From an uncultured Peptostreptococcaceae bacterium (GTDB lineage: Bacteria; Bacillota; Clostridia; Peptostreptococcales; Acidaminobacteraceae): a stretch of 64,000 bases of DNA. The notes beneath the pieces were generated by a model that worked only from the letters and a program-made list of their open reading frames with translations, was not told the origin of the DNA and searched no databases. Position 1 is the stretch's first letter; each line of letters starts with the position of its first letter. Where the stretch lies: assembly GCA_964424355.1 (NCBI GenBank), contig CAYRIO010000014.1, positions 2,890 through 66,889 of the forward strand. Reading direction: 5' to 3'. This document shows, piece after piece, positions 29,018-38,917 of this stretch. Both the position numbers and the translations under genes were made by a program.

Positions 29018-32000
29018 CTATCCAATCTCCCGGCGCACCCGCTTCACTGTCTCATGGACCCGTCCAACCTGGAGGCAGAAGCTTTCCAGTCGGGATTCAA
29101 TGACCTGCGGAAAGGCGCTGCCATCCGTTTCAATGCTGAGGAACGGCAGGGCGGGATGATGATCCATCACCTTATCCACCAATTCCTTCTCCAGGGCAAT
29201 GGCGGATTTCCGCTCACTGAGCCGCTCCGTGATGATGGCCTCCGAAATCCGGGCCGGCATGCAGCCGAAGGGACCCAGGGCCAGGACCCCGTCCACGGTT
29301 TCCACGATTTCCGTCAGGGCCGCCCCCACCGTGAGGATGGTTTCTCCGGTGAGCCGGGGCGATACCAGGTTCTGTACTGATTCTATCATATGCGCCACAT
29401 CGACGGTATGGGGAATATACAGCCCCGATTCCCCCAGCAATGCTTTGATTCTGGTTTCATAAGGATTTTTGAAGAACGCCTGGACAGTGACCCGGACCCT
29501 GTCCTGCCAGCGGGATTTCACCACCAGACTGTTTTTCACAATGTAATCACAGTAGTGAAGCCACTCGGCAATGGGGGCCGTACGAACCCAAAAGCCGTTG
29601 AGGCTGAGGCGTTCCACTAAATTCTTGCGGGAAAAGCTGTCCCGGCGCACATAGATTTCACCGATAAGGGCGATGGAAGGAAGATCTGCCAGCTCGCCTT
29701 TTTTAGGGATGCTGCGCAGGGTGTCGGCCCTCCTGCGGAGGGTTTCCTTCAAGCCATTCCACGAATCCTGTTCCACACTGATGCACAGGCTTTCCTCCAC
29801 CTGCCGGTAGGTGATCAGGGCCGCTTCCGGATCCACCGCCAGGGCCAGGACGGCACTGTAGATCTCCTCCATGACATCGGAGATGATCACGGACTGCCAG
29901 GCACGGAGGGCGAAGCGGGTGCCGAAGCCGGCATAGCTGTTTTCCGAGCTGAGGGACAGCAGTGCCACATTGGAGAGGGCCAGCTTTTCCACCAGCTCCT
30001 GCATCATGACATTGTACTGCCCGAACCGGCAGGGACCTGAGGTTTCCGGCATGAAATAGACCAGGACCTCCTGGGGATCCCAGGATTCTTCCACATAGCG
30101 GATCAGACTGCCCACCGTGAGGATCAGGGGCAGGCATTCCTTGCAGGAGGCATAGCCCCGCCCCAGCTTCAGCTCTTTTTCCGCCGGCGCCGGCAGGGCC
30201 GAGGCCTTCACGCCCACATGGCGAAGGCTGGCCGCCAGGACCCGGGCGCCCAGATCCCCCATGGAGGGCAGAAGCACCCGCACCCGGGGACTGTCCAGGG
30301 GCAGGCGGGTCCCCTCGGAATCCACCACCACCGCTTTCCCGGCTTCCATTTCTACCCGGGCAGCCCGGAAGGGCGGCTTTACGGCGGGAACCGCATTCTT
30401 ATTGATTTCCAGATAGCTTCTCATGACGTCGATGAAGGCTTCGATGCGGGTATCGATCCCGGCATCGGCGGAGTGGGAATCCAGCTCCAGGGTAAGGCTG
30501 GGCTTGGCGCCCATGATATCCCTGAAATAGTTGAGGAGGAAAGAATCCGGGCCGCAGCTGAAATTGGTGACATAGGCCCCGAAGAGCTGAGGGTGACGCT
30601 GGGTATAGCGGGCCGCCTTGAGGATGGTCTGCCCCATGGCCCAGTACATGTTGCTCTGTGATGTCTCCGGTTCCAGGGGCAGGAAGTCTTGAGGGATGAT
30701 CCGGAATCCCCGGGAAGCGAACTTCCGCGGAATCCCCATGTTGCCCAGCTTGCAAAAGGCATTGTAGGGACGGCCGAACAGCACCACGGCATTCTCCGTG
30801 GGATGGGTTGCCAGGTCTGCCAGGACCCGGGTGCCAATATCGCTGAACTCCGCCTGCAGGGCGGCCTGAGCCCGACAGCCGTTTTCAAAGGCCTTCCGGC
30901 CCACAGCGGCATCGTGGCCTAGGGATCGGGCCATTTCCACGAAGGTGGCCTGACCGGCTTCCATGCCCAGGGAAAAATCCAGGACCGGCGACAGGACGGT
31001 CAGCGCTTTCAACTCATCAAAGGCGGCCTTTAAATAGTAGGGCTCGGCCTGCACAAAGGGGCAGGTAACCCGGGCCGGGTCTCCGCCCGGAACAGGCATG
31101 GCCTTGATATGGGGCATGAACAGGAAGTCCGGTTTTTTGTCCAGCAGGTTCTGGAGCGTGCCGTGGGCCAGCTCCACCGGATAGCAGAAAGCGGACCCTC
31201 TGCGCTCGCAGCCATCGGGATCCACGGCGTCGCTGAGGACCACGGCGTAGCCCAGGCTCTTGAAAAACCCATGGTAGAGGGGAAACAGGTTGTTGGTCAT
31301 CAGGGAGTTGTTGATGCCCACGGTTTTTCCAGTGGCAGGAGCCGCTGCGGCTTCCCACTGAATCCCATAGGTTTCAAAAATCATTTTCTCCCGCAGGGCC
31401 ACCAGATCCAAGTCGGCGACATCCACCTCCGGCTGATGCTTCAGCAGGTTGTAGTATTTATTGCAGGCACCGCCGAAGGGGTACACCTGCTCCTTGATGC
31501 GGATCATGCTGATGCTGCACTTCCGGTCGCAGGCTTCCTTCCCGCCTTTGCAGACAAAGGGCTGCTGATAGGCCACTTCCCGGCCCGAAAGCTCTGACAG
31601 GTTGAAGGTCATGGGCTCCAGCAGGCCCAGTTCCAGCTTGTTTCCCGTTTCCAGGGCAACGCCGTAAGCGCCCATGAGGCCGGGCTCCGGGGGCACGATG
31701 ATCTCCTTGCCGGTGAGGGCCGCCATGGCGATGGGAACCGCCTGATTGTAACAGACGCCCCCCTGCATGAAAATTTTGCGCCCCACGGCCCGGTTCCCCT
31801 TCACCCGGTTCATGTAGTTCAGACAGATGGAATAGACCAGACCCGCGGCGATATCGTGCTTTTCCAGACCGCTTTGAATGGCTGTCTTGATATCGCTGCC
31901 GATGAAGGCCGCGCATTGATCGTTGAAATTGGGCGGCCGGGTTCCTGCCATGGCATAATCGCCGATGGCCTCCGTGGCCAGATTCAGGGATTCCATGGCC

Positions 32001-33310
32001 GCTTCCTCCAGGAAGGAGCCGGTCCCCGCCGAACAGGCTTCGTTCATGGCGTAGTCCGAGGCCACGCCGTTGGTCAGATAAGTGTATTTGGCGTCCTGTC
32101 CCCCAATCTCAAACAGGGTGTCCACCTCGGGGTCAAAATACGCCGCTGCTGTGGCATGGGCGATAATTTCGTTGATAATGGCCGGTGTCAGGGCATGGAG
32201 CCCCGCAATCTGCCGCCCGGAGCCCGTTACCCCAAGGCCCACGATGGACACCGGCACGGTTACCTGCTCCGCAATGGCCGCATAGCAGCGCCGGGAAGCC
32301 CCGATCGGGTCCCCGTTGGTCCGCAGGTAGCAGCTGGCCAGGATGACGCGGTCCTCTTGACGCATCAGGACCGCCTTGGTGGTGGTGGAGCCCACATCGA
32401 GGCCTACCAGGCACACATCCCCAGGGGCGGCAGTGCCCCGCTCCTGAGATTTGAAGGAGACCCGGTGAACATGGTCCTTCAGAGGTTCCAGGTATGTAAA
32501 GCCCTGATCGGCATCCGAAAAAAGGGCTTCATCGAAATCGATGGCTTCCGTCTCATTCGCCTGAGCCCACAGAGCGGCCCCCAAGGCTTCGGCACAGCGC
32601 CCGTGTTCCGGCACCACAACCCCCAGACCGGAATCCCGGAGGAAACCGATCATCACGGAGTTGGCAGAGCTGCCCCCCACCACCATGACGTGCTGGTCCT
32701 CCACACTGCGAAGCAGCTCGGTGATTTTGCCGGCCATCATCTCGCAGAGCCCGGCCACCACGCTTTCCTTGCTGGCGCCCTTGTTCAGGGCGTGGGTGCA
32801 GTCACTTTTGCAGAACACGCTGCAGCGGCCCGCAACCTTGTAGGAATTCTTCCGGTCCGCTACCGCTACCGCTTCCTCCACGGTGAGATCCATCCGCTTC
32901 AACTGCTGCAGGAAGAATTCCCCCGTACCGGAGGCGCATTTATTGCCGGTGTACACATCGATGATCCGCCCCACAGCATCCAGGCGATAGACCATGAAGG
33001 TTTCCCCCCCGGCGCTGACCACCACCTGGGCCCGGTTGCCCTGGGCAGAGTAGTGGCTGTAAGCGGTTTCCAACGCTTCTGGCTCCGACAGGGTGGTCGC
33101 CTTCAGCAGATGCCTCAGCTTGCGCCCCGTAACGGCGATGCGGTCCGCCGAGCGGATTGTGGACTCCTGAAACAGAGCGGCCAGAACCGCCCGGGGATTG
33201 CCTTCATGGGGAATGGAACGGCTGTCAGTGACAGCCTGACCCGTTGGGCCACCAGTCACCGATGCCAGGGTTATGGTAGAAGCACCAATACAGATGCCTA
33301 TTGTTTTCAT
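29018..33310 (-). CDS. fusion of two BadF/BcrA/HgdC-type activase ATPase modules with a dehydratase-like (DUF2229/HgdB-like) C-terminal part
   Basis: Two actin-fold ATPase starts are visible (IGICIGASTITL and VGLDVGSTTTKAV), each followed by a Cys-containing region. A C-terminal part of about 800 aa follows. The ATG at 33310 follows GAGGTG. Confidence 0.8.
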   Translation of the reverse strand: MKTIGICIGASTITLASVTGGPTGQAVTDSRSIPHEGNPRAVLAALFQESTIRSADRIAVTGRKLRHLLKATTLSEPEALETAYSHYSAQGNRAQVVVSAGGETFMVYRLDAVGRIIDVYTGNKCASGTGEFFLQQLKRMDLTVEEAVAVADRKNSYKVAGRCSVFCKSDCTHALNKGASKESVVAGLCEMMAGKITELLRSVEDQHVMVVGGSSANSVMIGFLRDSGLGVVVPEHGRCAEALGAALWAQANETEAIDFDEALFSDADQGFTYLEPLKDHVHRVSFKSQERGTAAPGDVCLVGLDVGSTTTKAVLMRQEDRVILASCYLRTNGDPIGASRRCYAAIAEQVTVPVSIVGLGVTGSGRQIAGLHALTPAIINEIIAHATAAAYFDPEVDTLFEIGGQDAKYTYLTNGVASDYAMNEACSAGTGSFLEEAAMESLNLATEAIGDYAMAGTRPPNFNDQCAAFIGSDIKTAIQSGLEKHDIAAGLVYSICLNYMNRVKGNRAVGRKIFMQGGVCYNQAVPIAMAALTGKEIIVPPEPGLMGAYGVALETGNKLELGLLEPMTFNLSELSGREVAYQQPFVCKGGKEACDRKCSISMIRIKEQVYPFGGACNKYYNLLKHQPEVDVADLDLVALREKMIFETYGIQWEAAAAPATGKTVGINNSLMTNNLFPLYHGFFKSLGYAVVLSDAVDPDGCERRGSAFCYPVELAHGTLQNLLDKKPDFLFMPHIKAMPVPGGDPARVTCPFVQAEPYYLKAAFDELKALTVLSPVLDFSLGMEAGQATFVEMARSLGHDAAVGRKAFENGCRAQAALQAEFSDIGTRVLADLATHPTENAVVLFGRPYNAFCKLGNMGIPRKFASRGFRIIPQDFLPLEPETSQSNMYWAMGQTILKAARYTQRHPQLFGAYVTNFSCGPDSFLLNYFRDIMGAKPSLTLELDSHSADAGIDTRIEAFIDVMRSYLEINKNAVPAVKPPFRAARVEMEAGKAVVVDSEGTRLPLDSPRVRVLLPSMGDLGARVLAASLRHVGVKASALPAPAEKELKLGRGYASCKECLPLILTVGSLIRYVEESWDPQEVLVYFMPETSGPCRFGQYNVMMQELVEKLALSNVALLSLSSENSYAGFGTRFALRAWQSVIISDVMEEIYSAVLALAVDPEAALITYRQVEESLCISVEQDSWNGLKETLRRRADTLRSIPKKGELADLPSIALIGEIYVRRDSFSRKNLVERLSLNGFWVRTAPIAEWLHYCDYIVKNSLVVKSRWQDRVRVTVQAFFKNPYETRIKALLGESGLYIPHTVDVAHMIESVQNLVSPRLTGETILTVGAALTEIVETVDGVLALGPFGCMPARISEAIITERLSERKSAIALEKELVDKVMDHHPALPFLSIETDGSAFPQVIESRLESFCLQVGRVHETVKRVRREIG

Positions 33311-33493
33311 GGGTTTCACCTCAGATTGAGAATCGATCGTTATATCCTTTTAATTCTATCAATTTACCGGAAGGGGTACAAGGTACGGATGGATTATATA
33401 AAAAATAGCGCCCGACAGCTGGAAAGATTCAGATAGCGCCATGCCAGTGTTGCTTTTAGGCCAGCATTCTTTACTGTAAATGACCCGATACAG

Positions 33494-33523
33494 AAAATCC
33501 GGCAAAGCGATTGCTTTGCCGGA
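33494..33523 (-). terminator. rho-independent terminator
   Basis: The arms TCCGGCAAAGC and GCTTTGCCGGA form a perfect 11-bp stem with a 4-nt loop. A T-run follows on the minus strand. Confidence 0.7.
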
Positions 33524-33539
33524 CCCCCTGAACACCGTT

Positions 33540-33872
33540 CTATTCGTCATCCTTCACTTCTTCATACTGGACATCCACGGCTTCCTGCTTGTTGAAGCTG
33601 CCGGTTTCTTTCTCTTCAAACGGATTTTCACGTTCCCGTCCGGGTCCGGGTTCCGGCTCCTGACCTTTAAACTCATACATGCCGCCACCGGTCCTGCGGG
33701 CACGTCTGCGCCCTTCAAACCAATACCACAGACCGAAGGTGACCAGCAGAGCCAGACCCAGGGGGGTGGTAAGCAGCAGCTTGCTGAAAAAAATCAGCAG
33801 GTAGAAGAAGAAAAACAGGAACAGCAGGCCGATCAGACAGCCAAAGCTATTGTCAGCGCGATAGATTCGCAT
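33540..33872 (-). CDS. small membrane protein with an acidic tail (hypothetical)
   Basis: It has two hydrophobic segments followed by an RRRARR and Glu-rich tail. The start is ambiguous between 33881 and 33872. Confidence 0.5.
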   Translation of the reverse strand: MRIYRADNSFGCLIGLLFLFFFFYLLIFFSKLLLTTPLGLALLVTFGLWYWFEGRRRARRTGGGMYEFKGQEPEPGPGRERENPFEEKETGSFNKQEAVDVQYEEVKDDE

Positions 33873-33970
33873 GGGTTTCATCCTTTCGATGGGGAGTGAA
33901 TCTATTATAACATGAGGTTATGAGGGGTTTATAAAGGATTTCTTGTGTTTTTATTAACTCCGATACGGCG

Positions 33971-34480
33971 CTATTTCTTGAGCAATCCATACCCGCCGTA
34001 GATGGGCTTGGTTTCGGATACCGTGATGACGGCATTGGCCTGCTTGGCCTTGATCAGGGTGACCGCTTCCTTCACCCGCTTGCGCTGCGTGAACAGGAAC
34101 AGCATATGCCGCGATTTGCTCATCCCGCTGCCCTCCACCATGGTGACCGCAAAATCATGGTCCCGCAGATGCTCCGAAAGCTCCTCTCCGTGATCGTCCT
34201 TAACGATGACCACGATCTCCGAAAGGCCGATGCCGATCATTTCCTCCAGGATGCTGCCGAAATAATTGCCCAGCGCGAAGCCCAGGGCGTAGAACACCGC
34301 TTTCAGCGGATCTGCGGCGATTCCCGTCAGAACGTTGCTGGCAATGTATATCCAGAGCATCACCTCAAAGAAACCGATGATTGCGCCTATTTTCCGCTCA
34401 CCCTTGGTAATCAAAACGGTTCGAACCGTGGCCAAAGACACTTCGATTATTTTAGCAAAGAGAATCAGAGCATAGATCAT
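33971..34480 (-). CDS. UPF0316/DUF2179 family membrane protein
   Basis: The N-terminal helices (MIYALILFAKIIEVSLATVRTVLITKGERK) and a soluble DUF2179-like C-terminus resemble the YebE-type family. Confidence 0.7.
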   Translation of the reverse strand: MIYALILFAKIIEVSLATVRTVLITKGERKIGAIIGFFEVMLWIYIASNVLTGIAADPLKAVFYALGFALGNYFGSILEEMIGIGLSEIVVIVKDDHGEELSEHLRDHDFAVTMVEGSGMSKSRHMLFLFTQRKRVKEAVTLIKAKQANAVITVSETKPIYGGYGLLKK

Positions 34481-34654
34481 AGGGGAGTCCTTTCGTCATC
34501 AGGATCGAGGTTATTTTCTTCACTTCTACAGTGTACTCCACTTTTGAATTGGCTTCCACTGGTTTAAGAAACCTTTAATAAAGCTTAATGCCTTGGCCGG
34601 AACACCAAAGAAAAACAGGGCCTGACACGATTGCGTGCCTGGCCCCGGATAGCT

Positions 34655-35500
34655 TTACTGTGTGATGGTGACAACCTTGGTGGCATTGTCGTAGCTTACC
34701 GTCGCGCCCAAGGCCTCAGCGATTACCCGTACCGGAACCATCGTATGGCCGTCACTGATGATCGCAGCGGTATCCATCGTCTTTTCCATGCCGTTGACCT
34801 GGTAGGCGGACTGATTGATCTTGATGGCGACCGTCTGGGTTGCCGAGGTGAGGGTCACCGTCTGTGTGGCGCTGTCCCAGGCAATTTCGGCGCCCAGGGC
34901 TTCGGCTGCGGATCGGAGCTCGATGAGGGTCCGCCCGTTGTTATCGGCAAAGGGCTTGACGGTGCTGTTCACCGCGGCCCCATTGAACATGACTGTAATG
35001 CCGGCCGCTGTGCTTGAACTCTGCGTGCCTGCTGTATTCGCTGCAGTCGGCGGTGTGCCTGATGCCGTGCCGGTCGGGGGTGTCTGCCCATCACTGCCGT
35101 TATGGGCAGGTCTTTCAATCGTCGTCCAATCAATGGCTGCAGCTTGAGCCTCTGTAATCAGGCTGTTGCTGAGGAACTGTTCTTTAAAGGAAGTCGGCGC
35201 TTTCTTTTCTCCGGTCATCTGTGCCTGCCGCTCGGTTTCCGTCAGGTTCTGCATGGCATCCATCTCCGTCTTTCGGGCAGCGTCCTGGGCTGCTACAAAA
35301 GCGGTGATCCCATCCAATTCCGCTTGGGTAAGAACCCCGGAGGTGACATATTGCGTGAGCAGAGATGCGATGGACGGGGGGGCGCTGCCACCGGCGGGGG
35401 GCTGCTGGGATGTGGTGTCAGCGAAAACCGTGATGCCGGATAGGGATAGGACCAGTGTCAACACACCGGTGATGGCTCTTTTTAAAATGCGTACTCTCAT
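34655..35500 (-). CDS. secreted protein with copper-amine-oxidase N-terminal (stalk) domains
   Basis: A signal peptide is present. Two repeats of the form ...GRTLIELRSAAEALGAEIAWD... and ...GHTMVPVRVIAEALGATVSYD... are visible. Confidence 0.75.
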   Translation of the reverse strand: MRVRILKRAITGVLTLVLSLSGITVFADTTSQQPPAGGSAPPSIASLLTQYVTSGVLTQAELDGITAFVAAQDAARKTEMDAMQNLTETERQAQMTGEKKAPTSFKEQFLSNSLITEAQAAAIDWTTIERPAHNGSDGQTPPTGTASGTPPTAANTAGTQSSSTAAGITVMFNGAAVNSTVKPFADNNGRTLIELRSAAEALGAEIAWDSATQTVTLTSATQTVAIKINQSAYQVNGMEKTMDTAAIISDGHTMVPVRVIAEALGATVSYDNATKVVTITQ

Positions 35501-35598
35501 ATAGAATGCCTCCTGTTTGGTTTTCTTTATCCTAACAGGGGAATGTGAGGGTTCAGTGACTGGTCTGTGAAGAGATTGTGTGCAACCTGTGGGAAATG

Positions 35599-36549
35599 CT
35601 ACCGCTCTCCAGGAATCTTTTTACCAAGCCTTTTCAAATGGCTGTTATATTCACTATTACTGATTTGATTGGCTACAAAGCTATCCGTAATCAGCTGGGC
35701 CTGGATCCGGACAGATTCGTCCTGACCGCTGTGACGCTCTTCTGCACTCTTTTGAAGCGTTAAGAATTTCTCATCCCATTTTTCATTGTTGCCCGCTTCA
35801 AGATTCCCGATATCATCCAATTCACTTTTGAAAAAAATAGAGAATGTTTTGAGATTCATGACCCAATCCTTGATTGTATCCTCTTCTTGATCTATTGAAA
35901 GTTCATAACTGCTGTAAATTGAAAAACAACCGCCCATGATGCTTTTGTAAATGATCCTCAGCTTCAACACAGGGATGGCCGCACGTCCTTTCAGCAACGC
36001 CTCTAAAAGCCGCCCATCTAAATCATCTTTGAACCGAAAAACAGTGTCCCCCTCTTTCGTTAAACATTTTTCCTCGAGGATATTTATCCGCAAATCATTT
36101 GTCTCCAGTTTGAATTCTTCATCGCCATCCGTTATGCTCAGCTTTGCTGTTACATCGGCACAGATCAATGGTGAGTGCCCGACATTTTTTATGATCAGCC
36201 CCAAGGTGTAATCAGAAGAATATTCCTGCGTTTTCTCCTCACTGTTGTATATGAATTCCGGCCGTTCAACTTTCAAAGTAACCCCCTCAAACCAGGGCAT
36301 CGGCTGATTCTGCATTTCTCTTTCCAATTTTATTTCCGCTAACTGCTTTTTCATTACTTCCAGTTGATTGGTGGTTACATAGACATACACCACCGTCAGC
36401 ACCGCTACAAAGAGCGACGACAACCCTGATAAAGCGTTGATGAATCCAAAATCCGGGTGGATGATTCCGTAAACAAAAAGTGCACAGATTGTTGCAGCAA
36501 TTATGCCAAAGCTGACCATCGGTATCAATTTGCTTTTGTAATGCGTCAT
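35599..36549 (-). CDS. hypothetical two-TM protein
   Basis: The ATG at 36549 follows AAAGGAGAA. It has two N-terminal helices, and no family was recognised. The gene is lower in GC than its neighbours by eye. Confidence 0.5.
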   Translation of the reverse strand: MTHYKSKLIPMVSFGIIAATICALFVYGIIHPDFGFINALSGLSSLFVAVLTVVYVYVTTNQLEVMKKQLAEIKLEREMQNQPMPWFEGVTLKVERPEFIYNSEEKTQEYSSDYTLGLIIKNVGHSPLICADVTAKLSITDGDEEFKLETNDLRINILEEKCLTKEGDTVFRFKDDLDGRLLEALLKGRAAIPVLKLRIIYKSIMGGCFSIYSSYELSIDQEEDTIKDWVMNLKTFSIFFKSELDDIGNLEAGNNEKWDEKFLTLQKSAEERHSGQDESVRIQAQLITDSFVANQISNSEYNSHLKRLGKKIPGER

Positions 36550-36650
36550 AGCCCGTTCTCCTTTCTTTGATGAAACAAAAATAAACCGGGAATTCACCCG
36601 GTTTATACACAATTGCAAACATCGCGTGTCTGCTCCGTCATTTATTTGGT

Positions 36651-37880
36651 TTATCGAATCAAAGTGGATTCAAAGGTTACATTTGAGCCGGGAACCGTAG
36701 AGCTGACAATCGTTCCGGTGCCTGAAACATAGGTGTCGGACCCATCTATCATCAGGGAACCGATCTTGGTTGTTTTGTCCAAACTTAGGGTTGTGCCTTC
36801 CGGTTGGATATGGAAACTGTCACACTGTACATTTTTAAGAGTCACAGCCGTCTTGTACGGAGCGGTTTTACCCACTACGATGGCTTTTAACCCGGCACCC
36901 GTCAAATCCGACTCTTCCAGAATCGTGTCGGATACCGTTGTAACACTTCCAATCGCTGTTGTTCCTGAAACAATCAGGCTTACCGACTCAGAATCTTCCA
37001 GGATGATCACATTATCCGAAATTACATTGATCAGATGAATGCGGCTGTACTTACCGCTGCTGATGTAGATATTCCCCTTAACCGTGACATTTTCAAGAGT
37101 CGCACTGCCATCGCCCACTTCTTTATCAATCGTCGCGTTCCCGTTTACAATAACATTCTTAAGGGTAACGCCTGGAGATTTGATGACAATGTTCCCTGCA
37201 ATGGTGACGACATCCCCTGAGGGACCAAAGGAACCCGCTTGATAATATTTCAAATCCGGTGTTAGTGCAGAGGTATTGTAATTGTAACAATTATTTACAG
37301 CTACCAGTGCTTCTGCCCGTGTCATCTGCGCCTCCGGCATAAATTTCCCATCCGGATAACCTACCATGATTTTGGATTCAAATGCAGCTATGATCGCTGT
37401 TTTGCTCCACTCTGCTGTTAATGTGGCATCTGAAAAAGATAGCACATTGGTGGTTCTTAACAGGCTTTTGAGACGATTGACCACCACTGCCACTTCCTGA
37501 CGGGTGATGCGATCACCAGGGTGCATGCTGCCATCCGCATACCCGGAAATATACCCGGCCGTATTCGCTCTTACAGTCGCCTGATAGTACCACGAGTTTT
37601 GCGGCACATCGGTATAAATCACATCAGCCATCTTCGTGAATCCAAATCGCTTATTCACCATTTGAAAGAATTCCGCCCGGGTGATCGTTGTATCCGGTTG
37701 GAAGGAACCATCCGGGTATCCGGTGACCATGCCGCTGTCCAGTGCGGCTTGAATCGGAACTTTTGCCCAATGTGATCCATAATCGTTTGAAGCAGCGGAA
37801 CCGATCATTGGCATAAATGCCGAGAACACCATCATCAAGCTTAAAATCAATGGAAATGTCTTTTTCATCGTTCTTTTCAT
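36651..37880 (-). CDS. SLH-domain cell-surface protein
   Basis: A signal peptide is followed by three SLH repeats of the type GYPDGSFQPDTTITRAEF. The C-terminal part is a beta-helix-like repeat region. Confidence 0.8.
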   Translation of the reverse strand: MKRTMKKTFPLILSLMMVFSAFMPMIGSAASNDYGSHWAKVPIQAALDSGMVTGYPDGSFQPDTTITRAEFFQMVNKRFGFTKMADVIYTDVPQNSWYYQATVRANTAGYISGYADGSMHPGDRITRQEVAVVVNRLKSLLRTTNVLSFSDATLTAEWSKTAIIAAFESKIMVGYPDGKFMPEAQMTRAEALVAVNNCYNYNTSALTPDLKYYQAGSFGPSGDVVTIAGNIVIKSPGVTLKNVIVNGNATIDKEVGDGSATLENVTVKGNIYISSGKYSRIHLINVISDNVIILEDSESVSLIVSGTTAIGSVTTVSDTILEESDLTGAGLKAIVVGKTAPYKTAVTLKNVQCDSFHIQPEGTTLSLDKTTKIGSLMIDGSDTYVSGTGTIVSSTVPGSNVTFESTLIR

Positions 37881-37937
37881 TGTATCCTCCTGTTGTTTTC
37901 AACCATTCTAACAAGCCGCGTCTTTCCTTGTTCGTCA

Positions 37938-38087
37938 CTACAAGATTTTCCTGCCTTGTATGATCTGCAGCAAAACCATAATGATTGCCATTACCAAAAG
38001 TACATGAATCAACCCGCCAATCGTGTATGAACCGGCAATTCCCAACAACCATAAAGCAATCAGAATCGCTGCAAGTGTATAAAGCAT
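37938..38087 (-). CDS. lmo0937-family small membrane protein (49 aa, absent from the ORF track)
   Basis: My own translation gives MLYTLAAILIALWLLGIAGSYTIGGLIHVLLVMAIIMVLLQIIQGRKIL, preceded by AGAGGAA. This matches the pattern of the small two-helix lmo0937 family. Confidence 0.6.
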   Translation of the reverse strand: MLYTLAAILIALWLLGIAGSYTIGGLIHVLLVMAIIMVLLQIIQGRKIL

Positions 38088-38212
38088 ATGGCATTCCTCT
38101 TTAGGGGGTGATCCGGCACACTACAGATGGCACCTTTCTCCCTACGCCTTTCTACTCTTCATTATAGCGAGGGCGCCTGACAGGATTCTGACAGGTTTTC
38201 TCACGATAACGC

Positions 38213-38255
38213 AAAGCGCGCACACACCGGGATATACCAAGTGTGTGCGCGCTTT
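38213..38255. terminator. strong hairpin terminator
   Basis: The arms AAAGCGCGCACACAC and GTGTGTGCGCGCTTT form a perfect 15-bp stem. Confidence 0.7.
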
Positions 38256-38424
38256 ATAGCCGGCCCGGATGAGCCGCAGAGAAAAGTGAAAAATAATGGT
38301 TCACGCTTTCCAACGAGGAGATCCCATCCAATTCAGCCCATAGGTAGCTGACCCCCGGATAGGTATAGACTTCTGCTGGCAATTCATTCTTCAGGAGTTT
38401 CCATCGCGGTGTCCAGGGTGTTAG

Positions 38425-38865
38425 CTATTCAAAAATCTGCTCCAGATGGTGTGACTGGTGGGCCAGATATTGCTCCAGAAGTTGAGCCAGCGTTACGGGG
38501 GCACCGGATCCCACCTGGCAGGTCAAGGCTTCCATGGATTCACACGGGATTTTTGAAATAATTCGGCGCAGGTGGCTGTTCAGGACCGTCCACATCTCCA
38601 GGAGCTCCTCCGTGTCCATGTCATGGTACCCCTGGAGCCTCACCCAATCCGCCTGGTCGTAGCCGGGCACTGCCAAGGGCTGCTCATACTGGGCCCGGAT
38701 GAATCTCGCCTGGTTGTTGACGGCCGAATCGCACAGATGGCCCAAAATCTCCCGGCGGCTCCACTTTCCAAAAACACGGACCGACATCGTTTCTTCTGAC
38801 ATTTCACGAATTCGATCAGGAACCATTTCAATCAGGGCTTGAAGGGCCTCATTACCGTTACGCAT
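38425..38865 (-). CDS. DinB-family protein
   Basis: It has the His-rich four-helix pattern (ILGHLCDS ... HQSHHLEQI). The ATG at 38865 follows AAGGAGG. Confidence 0.8.
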   Translation of the reverse strand: MRNGNEALQALIEMVPDRIREMSEETMSVRVFGKWSRREILGHLCDSAVNNQARFIRAQYEQPLAVPGYDQADWVRLQGYHDMDTEELLEMWTVLNSHLRRIISKIPCESMEALTCQVGSGAPVTLAQLLEQYLAHQSHHLEQIFE

Positions 38866-38917
38866 CACTGCCTCCTTGTGCCGCATCAGTGCGGTGTTGT
38901 CTGAAAATCGAACGGGC

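Noticed and set aside
37651-38094. A 147-aa ORF overlapping the start of the SLH gene.
   Set aside because: It overlaps the SLH gene by about 230 nt and has no recognisable motif. The region is better explained by the 49-codon lmo0937-like ORF at 37938-38087 in another frame.
38256-38424. 56 sense codons continue in frame after the TAG stop of the DinB gene (LTPWTPRWKLLKNELPAEVYTYPGVSYLWAELDGISSLESVNHYF...), which raised the idea of TAG read-through or pyrrolysine.
   Set aside because: The DinB protein is already full length with its C-terminal HxxHH motif. TAG is used as an ordinary stop by guaA in the same window. The extension is more likely a remnant of another gene that happens to be in frame. 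It may still be worth a BLAST search.
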